Positions 31,355 through 41,602 of a stretch of 64,000 nt of DNA are shown here, in pieces. The stretch lies in NCBI GenBank assembly GCA_965178295.1, contig CBCXTT010000002.1, forward strand, positions 240,381 through 304,380, in the 5' to 3' direction. Source of the DNA: Alphaproteobacteria bacterium. GTDB taxonomy: Bacteria; Pseudomonadota; Alphaproteobacteria; UBA7879. Under the pieces are notes generated by a model. It was not told the origin of the DNA and did no database searches. It saw only the letters and a program-made list of their open reading frames with translations. A program made the position numbers and the translations under genes. Position 1 is the first letter of the stretch. Each line of letters starts with the position of its first letter.

Positions 31355-32419
31355 TTATGACACTTGTGTTATTTCAGGATGGCCATACGTTATTTTTTCA
31401 ACTACTTTATTGCTTAAATCGTCAAAAATATTAGAAAAAACAGGATGATCAGCAATAGGAGTGCCTGTATCTGCGCTATTTCGAATTTCCCATGCTAGGG
31501 GGATATGTGCTAACAGCTCTATATTGTGTAACTGATGTGTGCGATCTTGACCAAATGGATGGGTGGTTTCGTTGCAGTTCGGACATGTAAAACTGCTCAT
31601 GTTTTCTACAAGTCCTATGATAGGGATGGAGAGAGTGCAATACATGTCTCTACTTTTGTGCACATCAATGTAGGCTAAATCTTGCGGTGTCGTTACCAGA
31701 ACGACGCCATCTATGGGAATAATTTGTGTAAGGCTTAGATGTGCATCACCGGTGCCTGGGGGCATATCAATAATTAAGTAATCTAGATCACCCCATACCA
31801 CATCTTCAAGAAACTGTTGTACTGCAAGCTGGACCATCGGTCCACGCCAGATAACAGCTTTTTCTGGGGCAATTAAAAACCCCATAGACATAACAGGCAT
31901 AGATTTATACATATTAGGAATCATTTTGCCGTGTTCTTTTTTAGGTGGTGCTTGAACCCCAAGCATAGTAGGAATTGAGGGACCATAGATATCGAGATCA
32001 AGCAGCCCTACCTTGTTGCCTTTTTGCATGAGGCTATAAGCTAGATTAACGGCGATAAGAGATTTTCCAACACCACCTTTTCCCGAAGAAACCGCAATGA
32101 TGTGTCTTATGTTTGGTAATGTCAGTTTTTCTGTTCGGAGTTTGTGTGGCCCCTGATTTTTGCGTTGATGAAGCGTGAGAATCAGATCTATCGTGCGTCC
32201 CTTGGAAAGATTTTTTAGCAAGGCTTCTGTTTTTGACTTAAGTTGCATACCTTCTCGGGCTTGCTCATGCGTGAGTTCTAATATGATACGTATTTTTTCT
32301 GATGTCACATCTATAGATTGTACCATACCCAGATCAACAATGTTTTGATTAGATATCTTGTCTTTTAATTGCGCCAATACATCCCGCACTTTTTGTTTTT
32401 CTAAGCTTGTATTGTCCAT
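31355..32419 (-). CDS. apbC: Fe-S cluster carrier ATPase (Mrp/ApbC/NBP35 family)
   Basis: N-terminal DUF59-like segment, Walker A VSSGKGGVGKS, DMPPGTGD and a CPNC motif. Confidence 0.9.
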   Translation of the reverse strand: MDNTSLEKQKVRDVLAQLKDKISNQNIVDLGMVQSIDVTSEKIRIILELTHEQAREGMQLKSKTEALLKNLSKGRTIDLILTLHQRKNQGPHKLRTEKLTLPNIRHIIAVSSGKGGVGKSLIAVNLAYSLMQKGNKVGLLDLDIYGPSIPTMLGVQAPPKKEHGKMIPNMYKSMPVMSMGFLIAPEKAVIWRGPMVQLAVQQFLEDVVWGDLDYLIIDMPPGTGDAHLSLTQIIPIDGVVLVTTPQDLAYIDVHKSRDMYCTLSIPIIGLVENMSSFTCPNCNETTHPFGQDRTHQLHNIELLAHIPLAWEIRNSADTGTPIADHPVFSNIFDDLSNKVVEKITYGHPEITQVS

Positions 32420-32524
32420 TTTATACTCCCGAAGTTATGCTATCTAAAAATCAATTGATTTCCATGCGTCTAAAGCATATAACACATAAGTGTAGCTTCA
32501 CAATCATGAAAGAAGGGCGCGCGC

Positions 32525-33571
32525 ATGAAGGAATTATTTATTCATATGAATGAAAGCCCATGGGGATCTAAAAAATCTTGGTCCAGTAATGGGCCTTCAA
32601 AAGGTCCAAATATTGAAGAACTGTTTAAGGGTGGCGGTCCCTCCTTCCCATTTAGAAATAGAGTATTGTATAGCGTTATCATTGTTTTATGCGCGGCGCT
32701 TTGGTTGGGTAGCGGTCTTTATCAGATCAATCCCGATGAAGAAGGGTTGGTTCTAAGGTTTGGCGCACTGAATCGCGTGACTGGGCCAGGGTGGCATTAT
32801 CACCTACCCTTTCCTGTAGAGCGGATTTGGAAGCAAAAAGTGACGACAACAAATCAAATTACCATTGGCTTTGGAAATCCAGATGAAAGTTTGATGCTTA
32901 CGGGAGATCGTAATATTGTGGATGCAAGTATCATTGTGCAATGGCACATAAAAGATGCGGAGGCGTTCCTATTTAACATAAGAGATCCCCAACATACGGT
33001 CAAAGCAGCTACTGAGAGTGCTATTCGAGAAATTATTGGTCAGACACCGATTGATGAAACTTTTGCAGAAGGACGTGCAGAGATTCAAGAAAAGGCACGT
33101 ACACTTGTGCAGAATATTTTAGATAGCTATGGGGCCGGTATTCAAATTACAGAGGTGAATTTGAAAGATGTAAATCCGCCTCCACCAGTTATTGAATCGT
33201 TTAGAGAGGTGGATCGGGCGTATGCTGATCAGGAGCGCATGTTTAATGAAGCGCAGGCGTACTACAATGATGTTGTACCGCGCGCGCGCGGTGAGGCCGC
33301 GAAACTCACCGAGCAGGGAATAGCAGATAAGGCATCGGCGATTGCAGGTGCAGACGGTGAGGTTGCCCGTTTTAACGCATTTAGAGAAGAAAAAAAGAGT
33401 GATAGCACTCTTGAGGATAGACTGTATTTAGAGACGATGGAAAATATTTTGAAAGATGCGCGTAAAGTTGTTGTGAGCAGCCATACTGGAGCTTTCTTAC
33501 CGCATATGGCTATTGGGGCGCTCACACAAGACAAAACGGGCAGCATGGCCAAGGAGGGAAATCATGCATAA
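32525..33571 (+). CDS. hflK: FtsH protease modulator HflK
   Basis: N-terminal SPWG, a TM segment, an SPFH/band-7 domain and a C-terminal coiled region. ATG 32546 (MNESPWG) is an alternative start. Confidence 0.9.
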   Translation: MKELFIHMNESPWGSKKSWSSNGPSKGPNIEELFKGGGPSFPFRNRVLYSVIIVLCAALWLGSGLYQINPDEEGLVLRFGALNRVTGPGWHYHLPFPVERIWKQKVTTTNQITIGFGNPDESLMLTGDRNIVDASIIVQWHIKDAEAFLFNIRDPQHTVKAATESAIREIIGQTPIDETFAEGRAEIQEKARTLVQNILDSYGAGIQITEVNLKDVNPPPPVIESFREVDRAYADQERMFNEAQAYYNDVVPRARGEAAKLTEQGIADKASAIAGADGEVARFNAFREEKKSDSTLEDRLYLETMENILKDARKVVVSSHTGAFLPHMAIGALTQDKTGSMAKEGNHA

Positions 33572-34427
33572 ATCTTTTGCAGTTCTTATTGCTTTCTTTC
33601 TTTTGACGGTAGTCGTCTTGATGGAGTCAGCGTTTGTTTTAGATCCACGTGAGCAAGCGCTCGTCCTTGAGTTTGGTCAGCCAAAGCGTGTTATAAAAAC
33701 AGCAGGACTACATTGGAAGCTTCCGTTTATGGAAAGCCTTGCGGTTTATGATAAACGTATTCTTGGTCTTGATATTCCGCCAGAGGAACTGATTTCCGCA
33801 GACAAAAATAGATTGGTAGTAGATACTCACACGCGATTTAAAATTGTTGATCCATTGAAGTTTTACCAAACAGCCGGCACAGAGGCACGGGCGGCACAAC
33901 TGTTAGCAGCGCAAATATCCCCAGATTTGAGAAAAGTATTGGGTCGTATATCTTTTTCAGAGCTTTTGTCCTCAAGACGTTTGGAGATGATGGATCAGGT
34001 GCAGAAAGAAGTTTCAGAGTCAGCAAGCTCTCTAGGAGTAGAAATTGTAGATATTCGCATCCGTAGAGCAGACGTACCAAAGCAAAATAGTGAGGCGATT
34101 TATCGTCGCATGAATAGTGAGCGCGAACGTTTTGCAAAAGAATTAAGAGCAAAGGGGCGTGAACGGGCTCAAAGAATTCGTGCGGGGGGTGATCGTGAGA
34201 GTACAATTATCCTTGCGGAAGCAAAGCGAGATGCGAACCAGCTTTCAGCAGAGGGAGATAAGATTGCGGCTAGAATTTATGCGAAGGCATATCAGTCAGA
34301 TAAGAATTTTTATAAGTTCTTTAGGTCGTTGCGTGCATATGAAACAGCATTTAAATCGGGAGCTCTGACCACTGTTGTAATGGATCCACGTGACACCAAG
34401 TTTTTAAGTACTTGGAGAAAACCTTAA
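33564..34427 (+). CDS. hflC: FtsH protease modulator HflC
   Basis: SPFH domain protein directly after hflK. The start is set at ATG 33564 (MHKSFAVLIAFF), preceded by AAGGAGGG. Confidence 0.9.
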   Translation: MHKSFAVLIAFFLLTVVVLMESAFVLDPREQALVLEFGQPKRVIKTAGLHWKLPFMESLAVYDKRILGLDIPPEELISADKNRLVVDTHTRFKIVDPLKFYQTAGTEARAAQLLAAQISPDLRKVLGRISFSELLSSRRLEMMDQVQKEVSESASSLGVEIVDIRIRRADVPKQNSEAIYRRMNSERERFAKELRAKGRERAQRIRAGGDRESTIILAEAKRDANQLSAEGDKIAARIYAKAYQSDKNFYKFFRSLRAYETAFKSGALTTVVMDPRDTKFLSTWRKP

Positions 34428-34518
34428 TGTGCAAACAACTGCTTTAAAGCTTGCAGATTGAGGTGAGTGTGTATTAACATAAGAACGTTTAAGTATCTTT
34501 AATGTATGAGGTGATGTC

Positions 34519-35238
34519 ATGGATTTTGATTCAAATAAGAGAACTGTTGTTCGGCGGACGTCTGAGGTAGAAGATACTTCTATAGATCAGGGGCTGCGTA
34601 GCTATATGCTCAAGGTTTATAATTACATGTTCGCAGGCCTTTCTGTTACAGGTGTGGTGGCTTATGCTGTGTCAACATCTGAGCAAATGTTAACAGTGCT
34701 GCATGGAGGGATAGGTTGGTTACTGTTTTTTGCAATGCTGGGCATTGCGTTTTTCATGCCCGCACGCATTAACCGTATTCAGGCATCGACGGCTCAGATT
34801 CTATTCATAACATTTTCTGTATTGATGGGCGCATCCCTATCTTACATTTTTATTTTGTATACACAATCTAGTGTTGCGAGAGCTTTTTTCATTACTGCAA
34901 CGATGTTTGGTGCGATGAGTATGTATGGGTATACAACGAAAAAAGATCTCTCCCATATGGGCTCTATTTTGTTCATGGGGTTAATTGGAATTGTAATCGC
35001 AAGCGTGGTAAATATTTTTATGGCCAGCAGTATGCTGTCTTTGATTATTTCTGTTTTAGCAGTTATTATTTTCACAGGTTTGACAGCCTACGACACTCAA
35101 CGAATCAAAGAAATTTATTATGCACGAGATACAGCCGATGCTGTTGAAAAAAAATCTATTCTAGGGGCTTTTGCACTCTACTTAGATTTTGTTAATCTTT
35201 TTACAGCCCTTTTAAGTCTAATAGGTGAACGGAAATAA
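34519..35238 (+). CDS. BAX inhibitor-1/YccA family membrane protein
   Basis: 239 aa with about 7 TM segments. N-terminal DQGLRSYMLKVYNYM and C-terminal ILGAFALYLDFVNLF are typical of the family. Confidence 0.85.
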   Translation: MDFDSNKRTVVRRTSEVEDTSIDQGLRSYMLKVYNYMFAGLSVTGVVAYAVSTSEQMLTVLHGGIGWLLFFAMLGIAFFMPARINRIQASTAQILFITFSVLMGASLSYIFILYTQSSVARAFFITATMFGAMSMYGYTTKKDLSHMGSILFMGLIGIVIASVVNIFMASSMLSLIISVLAVIIFTGLTAYDTQRIKEIYYARDTADAVEKKSILGAFALYLDFVNLFTALLSLIGERK

Positions 35239-35599
35239 GATTTTGTTCAGCGGAAACGCTCAAAGAGTTTTGCATGAATACGCGAGCACATTTTCATTAT
35301 AGTGTTTCCACTTTTGAAGACGAGTATAGCGTATATTGAGCGCTGTACTGCACGGTGTCTAGTATTGTGTAAACTGTGTCAGATGGCGTTTCCTTCTTGT
35401 GTCACTGCATCGTTTTATGACAGAGAATGTATTTGATGATGACAGGAAATTGAAGAAAAAGGGAGATTGTACAGACCTGATAAGCAGTGGGAGAATCTGT
35501 AAGGTGCACCCCTGTGGTTGTGTAGGACATCAACAATTTGGGGCCGTTGACCATAAGTATGCAACGTAGATATAGAGTGCTGCAACGCAGGGAGACGGC

Positions 35600-36889
35600 A
35601 TGCCTAGAATGATAAGCCTCACACCATTTTTTTTATTTCTTCTTATATTTTTAGGGAGCGGTATTTATTATCATATTCAGGGCGCTGATTTTTCTTTTTA
35701 TCAGGTTCCAGCGGCAGTTGCTATTCTTCCCGCTATTGTTTTAGCCTTTCTTATAGGATGTGGGCCCTTTCAAGAACGTGTTGATATTTTAATGCGTGGT
35801 ATGGGTAATCCTAATATTTTAACCATGTGTGTGGTCTTTTTATTGGCCGGTGCGTTTGGCGTTCTTACCAAACACATCGGCGCAATCAACACAATTGTGA
35901 ACATGACTTTATCTTGGTTGCCAGCACAAGGATTATTACCAGGAATTTTTCTAATTTCAGCTTTTGTGTCGCTGTCTATTGGGACATCTATGGGTGTGAT
36001 TGCAGCGTTAACACCGATGGCTATTGGGTTTGCGGAAAATAGTGACATTTCTTTATCCTTAATTGTGGGTACCATTATAAGTGGGGCTATGTTTGGGGAT
36101 AACCTTTCTATGATTTCCGATACGACCATTGCGGCTGTGGAGACTCAGGGTGCAAGGTTACGAGATAAGTGGCGTCTCAATGCTCGAATAGCATTGATTG
36201 CAGGATGCATGATGATAGTGAGTCTATTTTTTTTGACACCAAGCACTCAAGCTTCTTTTCATGCTTTAACCTATGATCCCCTACAAGCAATACCCTATGC
36301 GTTAATTATAGCTCTTGTACTTTTAGGGTGCGATGTATTTTTGGTTCTTTTTTTAGGTATTATATCTGCGGGGTGTGTAGGATTTCTTGGGGAGAACTAT
36401 ACCCTTGCAAAATATGCACAAGATATTTCAGAGGGATTTCTGTCCATGAATGATATATTGATTTTGTCTCTCTTCGTCGGCGGCCTTAGTGCGTTTATGA
36501 AGGAACAGGGGGGAGTTCAATACATTATGGAAAAAATAGAGACTATTATGGGGGGGGAGCAGAAAAATGGACGGCGTGCCCAGCTGATGATTGGAGCTGT
36601 TGCAAGTGTGAGTGATATTTGTGTTGCAAACAATACAATTGCCATCATTTTAAGTGGAGACATTGCAAAAAAAATTTCTATCTTCCATCGCATTCCCGCG
36701 TATAAATCTGCATGCTGGCTTTCGATATTCTCGTGTGTATTTCAAGGCATATTACCATACAGTGCACAAATTTTACTGGCGTCCAGTTTATCTGGCGCGT
36801 CTCCTCTAAGCATAGCGACCAGTGTGTATTATTGTTATTTTTTAGGCGCAACCACCATCTGTTATATTTTATGCTCAAAAAGAGGATGA
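35600..36889 (+). CDS. Na+/H+ antiporter NhaC-family membrane protein
   Basis: 429-aa polytopic protein. The family call rests on overall resemblance (LLAGAFG, GGLSAFMKEQGG, ANNTIAIIL) and is less certain than the CDS call. Confidence 0.7.
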   Translation: MPRMISLTPFFLFLLIFLGSGIYYHIQGADFSFYQVPAAVAILPAIVLAFLIGCGPFQERVDILMRGMGNPNILTMCVVFLLAGAFGVLTKHIGAINTIVNMTLSWLPAQGLLPGIFLISAFVSLSIGTSMGVIAALTPMAIGFAENSDISLSLIVGTIISGAMFGDNLSMISDTTIAAVETQGARLRDKWRLNARIALIAGCMMIVSLFFLTPSTQASFHALTYDPLQAIPYALIIALVLLGCDVFLVLFLGIISAGCVGFLGENYTLAKYAQDISEGFLSMNDILILSLFVGGLSAFMKEQGGVQYIMEKIETIMGGEQKNGRRAQLMIGAVASVSDICVANNTIAIILSGDIAKKISIFHRIPAYKSACWLSIFSCVFQGILPYSAQILLASSLSGASPLSIATSVYYCYFLGATTICYILCSKRG

Positions 36890-37285
36890 TGTTTTATCGA
36901 GGCATTCTACACGTAATGATTGATTCTTTCTGGCTACCCACGGCAATGATTGCAGATAAGATCCTTTGAAGATTATTGATACAGAATTCTTTTTTCATTT
37001 CTTTGCTTTCTTTGAGTGGATAATGCTAGTCCTGACACGTCCCACACGATTTTTCCCTTTTGGGTACATGGGCGGTTTTTCTGCAATCCATCACACATGA
37101 TATATCATTAGAGTCAAATAGAGCGGGATATTCGCAATGCCATTATGAGAGAGGGGATTGTGTAGGTGAAAAATTTTTAAGGAGATTACCTATATACAAT
37201 GCGCTATTTTTCATCCATTGCTCACTGCAGAGGTAATATATTAAAATATGGGCCTGGAATCAAGGGCATCGGATTTTGGTGTTAA

Positions 37286-37763
37286 GGCTGGAAAAAATTC
37301 CACTGCAATTTTGATCACGCAAATAGATGTAAGAAAAATTTCCAAGATATCCTAGAAACTTTTGCTAAAACAGGCTATCCATCTTGTATCCCCGACGGTG
37401 CACAATGATCAGCATCTATTGTCTTGCAGTGTTTAATAGCGTTTAATATTGATCTCCCTTTCTTGATTAGCATTTGTGTGCCGGGTGAGCATCGTGCGCA
37501 AGTGGTTGATTGGAAGGGGGCATGTTGCATGCATCTCAATCTATCCTTTCCTCTCCAGGAGACTAATGTTTTTTGCAGAGGTTTCAGGAATTAAACAGCG
37601 TTCTTTGCTCTTTTTACTCTGCTCTTTTTATGCTGCATCTCTTCGAGATCGAAAGATAGCGTATTCAATGATCGGGCATGTGGTGCACAGTCCTGATGAC
37701 TCTGTAGTTTTGCTGGAAAGCACATATCGTACTGGAAACATTTCTTTCATATATTTCCCTTAA
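37286..37763 (+). pseudogene. Probable eroded SCO1/SenC (copper thiol-disulfide protein) remnant
   Basis: One frame reads ...FQDILETFAKTGYPSCIPDGAQ* (stop at 37403-37405), compared with the SCO1 consensus ...FGYThCPDvCP. A different frame (ORF 37476..37763) reads ISIYPFLS, compared with ISvDPeRD, and 50 aa later VVHSPDDSVVLLESTYR, compared with vDHS...YLiDp.G. Order and spacing fit SCO1, and the location is directly upstream of PCu(A)C. This was pattern-matched by eye only. Confidence 0.35.
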
Positions 37764-37919
37764 CCTATAAGAGTATGTGCGGCGTCACTATAAATCTTAC
37801 GCTATTGCTGGGGGGGTAGTTATTGACAGGATCATACAAGCCGGAACAATGAAAAAAATCATAATACGGCTTTGATAATAATGTATGACTGAATGGTATT
37901 TGAAAAATACCTGATTGCC

Positions 37920-37937
37920 GCTTATTGCGCAATAAGC
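37920..37937. repeat. Perfect 18-bp palindrome GCTTATTGCGCAATAAGC
   Basis: Read directly in the ORF-poor block upstream of the PCu(A)C gene. Confidence 0.9.
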
Positions 37938-38291
37938 GCAGACTGCTTTGTACCCTGTGTTTTCCCCGATCTCTTGACGAGGTATTAGCACCTTCTGGTG
38001 CTTAGATGCGCATATCGGGGTCTTTGATTTAAACAGCCAAGCATTCTTATCAATCACTCGCCTCACTTAGCGCCTCTCTGTGCGCAGTGTAGAGGCTGAA
38101 TTTTGGCGCTTTTTGCCCCCCTTATAAGACATCGATGAAGCAAGAAAACGCCGAGACGCTATGTCGTCCATGACACACAAACTATTTTTATTACACACTG
38201 ATGCAGTTTAGTATAGTATATTACACCTGCGCTGGTCAGTAAAGATGAGCGCTTGCTACAGTGATATTCATTTATGAGGAGACGTTATAGT

Positions 38292-38753
38292 ATGCGATAT
38301 GTTTTGTCAGCTTTTGTGGCTATGCTTGCAACAAGTGTGTTATGTGCAGGAGATGTGGGGGTGTCTAAAATATTCTCGCGGGCAACAAAAGGGAAAAATG
38401 GGGCTGTGTTTTTTACTCTAGAAAATACATCTAGTCGTGCTATAAAGTTGATTGCAGCGGAAAGTGATGTGTCTGATGAAGTGGAGCTCCATGATCATAT
38501 AAAAGAAGGTGATATCTTTCGTATGCGTCAAGTGCCATATATAGTAGTTCCTGAAAATGGAACAGCCATTCTTAAGCCTTCCAGTCTTCATGTCATGCTA
38601 CTTGGTCTGAAGACGCCATTAGACGAAGGCAGCGTGTTCAATATGACGTTAGTGTTTGATAATGATGAACGACACGTGATTACAGTACCTATCGGCACTC
38701 CCGGTCAAATGTCAGGATGTTGCGGAGAGTGCAATAAAGGGAAAAAATCTTAA
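38292..38753 (+). CDS. Periplasmic copper chaperone PCu(A)C (DUF461)
   Basis: Signal peptide and an exact H-X10-M-X21-H-X-M pattern (ELH DHIKEGDIFR M ...21... H V M). The C-terminal tail is Cys-rich (SGCCGECNKGKKS). ATG 38292 follows AGGAGA by 9 nt; the ORF-track ATG at 38274 overlaps that SD. Confidence 0.85.
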   Translation: MRYVLSAFVAMLATSVLCAGDVGVSKIFSRATKGKNGAVFFTLENTSSRAIKLIAAESDVSDEVELHDHIKEGDIFRMRQVPYIVVPENGTAILKPSSLHVMLLGLKTPLDEGSVFNMTLVFDNDERHVITVPIGTPGQMSGCCGECNKGKKS

Positions 38754-41602
38754 TGTCCCAAGACTATAAAGACACCGTTTTTTTGCCGAAAACAAAGTTT
38801 TCTATGAAAGCACGACTGGCTAAAAAAGAGCCAGTTCTCGCTCAAGAGTGGTATGATGCACGTGTCTATTTAAAGCGCCAGATGCGAGGCAGCGATGAAA
38901 AGACCTTTGTGTTGCACGATGGACCGCCTTACGCAAATGGTCATCTGCACATGGGGCACGCTCTGAACAAGATTTTAAAAGATGTTTTTTTGAAATATAA
39001 AGCGATGATGGGCAACAAAACTCCTTATCGTCCTGGATGGGATTGCCACGGTCTTCCCATTGAATGGATGGTAGAAGAGCAATACCGTAAAGCTGGAAAA
39101 GATAAGGATGCAGTTTCTGTCTTAGAATTCCGTAAGGAATGCCGTTATTTTGCTGAAAAATGGGTAAAGATTCAAGCAGCAGAATTTCGTCGCCTTGGAG
39201 TCATTGCGGACTGGGATAACCCCTACCGCACAATGGACAAATCGTCTGAAGCACTGATTATAAAAGACTTGCACCATTTTTTGATGAATGGTGGCCTCTA
39301 TAAGGGAGAAAAACCTGTTTTCTGGTCTGTGGTCGAGAAAACTGCTTTAGCAGAAGCAGAAGTAGAATACAAAGATAAAACGTCTCCCTCAATTTTTGTG
39401 CGATTTCCTGTGGTGGATGCGGCGCATGCCAGCCTTATAGGCGCGTATGCTGTTGTTTGGACTACTACACCTTGGACGTTACCAGGAAATCAGGCTATTG
39501 CGTATCACGCAGATCATTCTTATGTTGTATTATCCGTTCAAGATGGCCCGCGCTCTGGGGAAAAATTTCTTGTTGCGCGTGATCGTAAGTCAGCTTTTCT
39601 AGAAAAAACGGCACTGCATTGCTCTGTTGAGGAAACTGTGGATGGTAAACAATTAGCAGGTAGTATTTGTGCGCATCCATTGCGCGATGCAGGCTATGCG
39701 CTTGACGTACCGTTTCTTCCCGGTGATCATGTAACGTTGGAGCAAGGAACGGGTCTTGTGCACACGGCTCCAGCGCACGGTGTAGATGACTTTCACCTAG
39801 GGCAAAAATTTAATCTAGATATATACCAACCTGTAAGGCCTGATGGCATTTATTACGAGCATGTTCCTGTATTTGCAGGTGATCATGTTTACACAGTGCA
39901 TACAAAAGTATTAGAAATGTTAGAAGGCGTTGGTGCTCTGTTGCATAGCGAATCCATTACACACAGTTATCCACATTCTTGGCGATCAAAAGCACCATTG
40001 ATTGTTCGGACCGCGCCGCAATGGTTTATATCAATGGAAGAAAATGGCCTGAGGGCCAAAGCACTAGAGGCCGTCGATACGGTAAAGTGGGTACCGACTC
40101 AAGCTAAAAATCGTATACGTGGCATGGTTGATAGGCGACCAGATTGGTGTGTATCGCGCCAGCGCTCTTGGGGCGTTCCTATTGCGGTCTTTGTGCACAA
40201 AGAGACAGGGGTGCCGTTGCGCGATGAACGCGTTAATATGCGTATAGTGAATGCCATACTTGAAGAGGGGTGTGACCTGTGGTTTGAAGATAATGTGTCT
40301 GATCGCTTCTTAGCGCCAGATTATAACCCAAATGATTTTGAGAAAAGCACAGACATTTTAGATGTATGGTTCGAAAGTGGCTGTTCCTATAATTATGCAA
40401 TCAAGGCGAAAAACTTACCACTTCCTATTGATCTATATTTGGAAGGATCGGATCAGCATCGTGGATGGTTTCAATCGACATTATTAACATCGGTTGGCAT
40501 ACAGGGATTTGCAGCCTATAGTACAGTTTTAACACATGGTTTTATCGTGGATGAGCAGGGATACAAAATGTCCAAGTCATCCAAGAATGTGATGAAACTG
40601 GACGCTGTGTTAGAAAACAGTGGGGCTGACTTGCTGCGCCTTTGGGTGATGGGATCAGATTATATGGATGATCTAAAGCTGGGGTCGGATATTCTGAGAC
40701 ATCAAGAAGATATTTATAGGCGTTTGCGCAACACATTGCGTTTTTTGTTGGGGAATTTGCCGACGCTGTCAACAGTGGATCATGTATCTGCACCAACCAT
40801 GTACCATCATGGTTCCAACGCAACAGGAGAGACATTAGACTTAGGTCAGCATGCACCCTATAAAGACTTACCTGATCTTGAGCGGTGGGTTTTGCACCGT
40901 TTATCTACATTGCAGAAATGTGTGAACAGACACTTAAATCGCTCTGATCTTCATGGTCTCTTTAAAGAATTGTACGCATTCTGTACCGCTGATCTTTCTG
41001 CGTTTTACTTTGATATTCGTAAAGATATTCTATATTGCGATAGCCGGGCGAGTGTAAGGTATCAATATGTGCTTTACACACTGAAGCAAATTTTTGATCA
41101 TTTAGTGAGATGGCTTTCTCCGATTGTGTCGTTTACAGCCGAAGAGGCGTGGCAAATTCTATATCCCGGACCAAGCATTCACTTGGAAACCTTTCCACCT
41201 ATTCCCGAGCATTGGCACCATGATAACCTTGGGAAGAATTGGGAAAGAATTCGACGTGTTCGCCAGCTTGTGACAAATGCACTAGAACAAGACCGAATTG
41301 AGAAAAAAATTGGCGCAAGTTTAGAGGCGCATATAGATTTATATGTTGAAGATGAGGAGCTACACAACATATTAAAAGGTTTAGATTTAGCAGATGTTAT
41401 GATTACATCCTCCCTATGCTTGTCTGCGGCCTCCGTGCCAAAGCATGCCGCAGTGTCTCAAGATGTGCTAGGTGTGGGGGTTGTGACTAGTCTGGCTTGT
41501 GGAGAAAAATGCGCCCGTTGTTGGCGCATTTTGAAGGAAGTGGGGCAACAGAAATATGATACATTATGTAGCAGGTGCGTTGATGCGGTTGACAATATCT
41601 AG
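38753..41602 (+). CDS. ileS: Isoleucine--tRNA ligase
   Basis: 949 aa with PPYANGHLHMGHALN (HIGH), YKMSKSS (KMSKS) and a C-terminal zinc motif CGEKCARCW...CSRC. Its start overlaps the upstream stop (TAATG). Confidence 0.97.
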   Translation: MSQDYKDTVFLPKTKFSMKARLAKKEPVLAQEWYDARVYLKRQMRGSDEKTFVLHDGPPYANGHLHMGHALNKILKDVFLKYKAMMGNKTPYRPGWDCHGLPIEWMVEEQYRKAGKDKDAVSVLEFRKECRYFAEKWVKIQAAEFRRLGVIADWDNPYRTMDKSSEALIIKDLHHFLMNGGLYKGEKPVFWSVVEKTALAEAEVEYKDKTSPSIFVRFPVVDAAHASLIGAYAVVWTTTPWTLPGNQAIAYHADHSYVVLSVQDGPRSGEKFLVARDRKSAFLEKTALHCSVEETVDGKQLAGSICAHPLRDAGYALDVPFLPGDHVTLEQGTGLVHTAPAHGVDDFHLGQKFNLDIYQPVRPDGIYYEHVPVFAGDHVYTVHTKVLEMLEGVGALLHSESITHSYPHSWRSKAPLIVRTAPQWFISMEENGLRAKALEAVDTVKWVPTQAKNRIRGMVDRRPDWCVSRQRSWGVPIAVFVHKETGVPLRDERVNMRIVNAILEEGCDLWFEDNVSDRFLAPDYNPNDFEKSTDILDVWFESGCSYNYAIKAKNLPLPIDLYLEGSDQHRGWFQSTLLTSVGIQGFAAYSTVLTHGFIVDEQGYKMSKSSKNVMKLDAVLENSGADLLRLWVMGSDYMDDLKLGSDILRHQEDIYRRLRNTLRFLLGNLPTLSTVDHVSAPTMYHHGSNATGETLDLGQHAPYKDLPDLERWVLHRLSTLQKCVNRHLNRSDLHGLFKELYAFCTADLSAFYFDIRKDILYCDSRASVRYQYVLYTLKQIFDHLVRWLSPIVSFTAEEAWQILYPGPSIHLETFPPIPEHWHHDNLGKNWERIRRVRQLVTNALEQDRIEKKIGASLEAHIDLYVEDEELHNILKGLDLADVMITSSLCLSAASVPKHAAVSQDVLGVGVVTSLACGEKCARCWRILKEVGQQKYDTLCSRCVDAVDNI

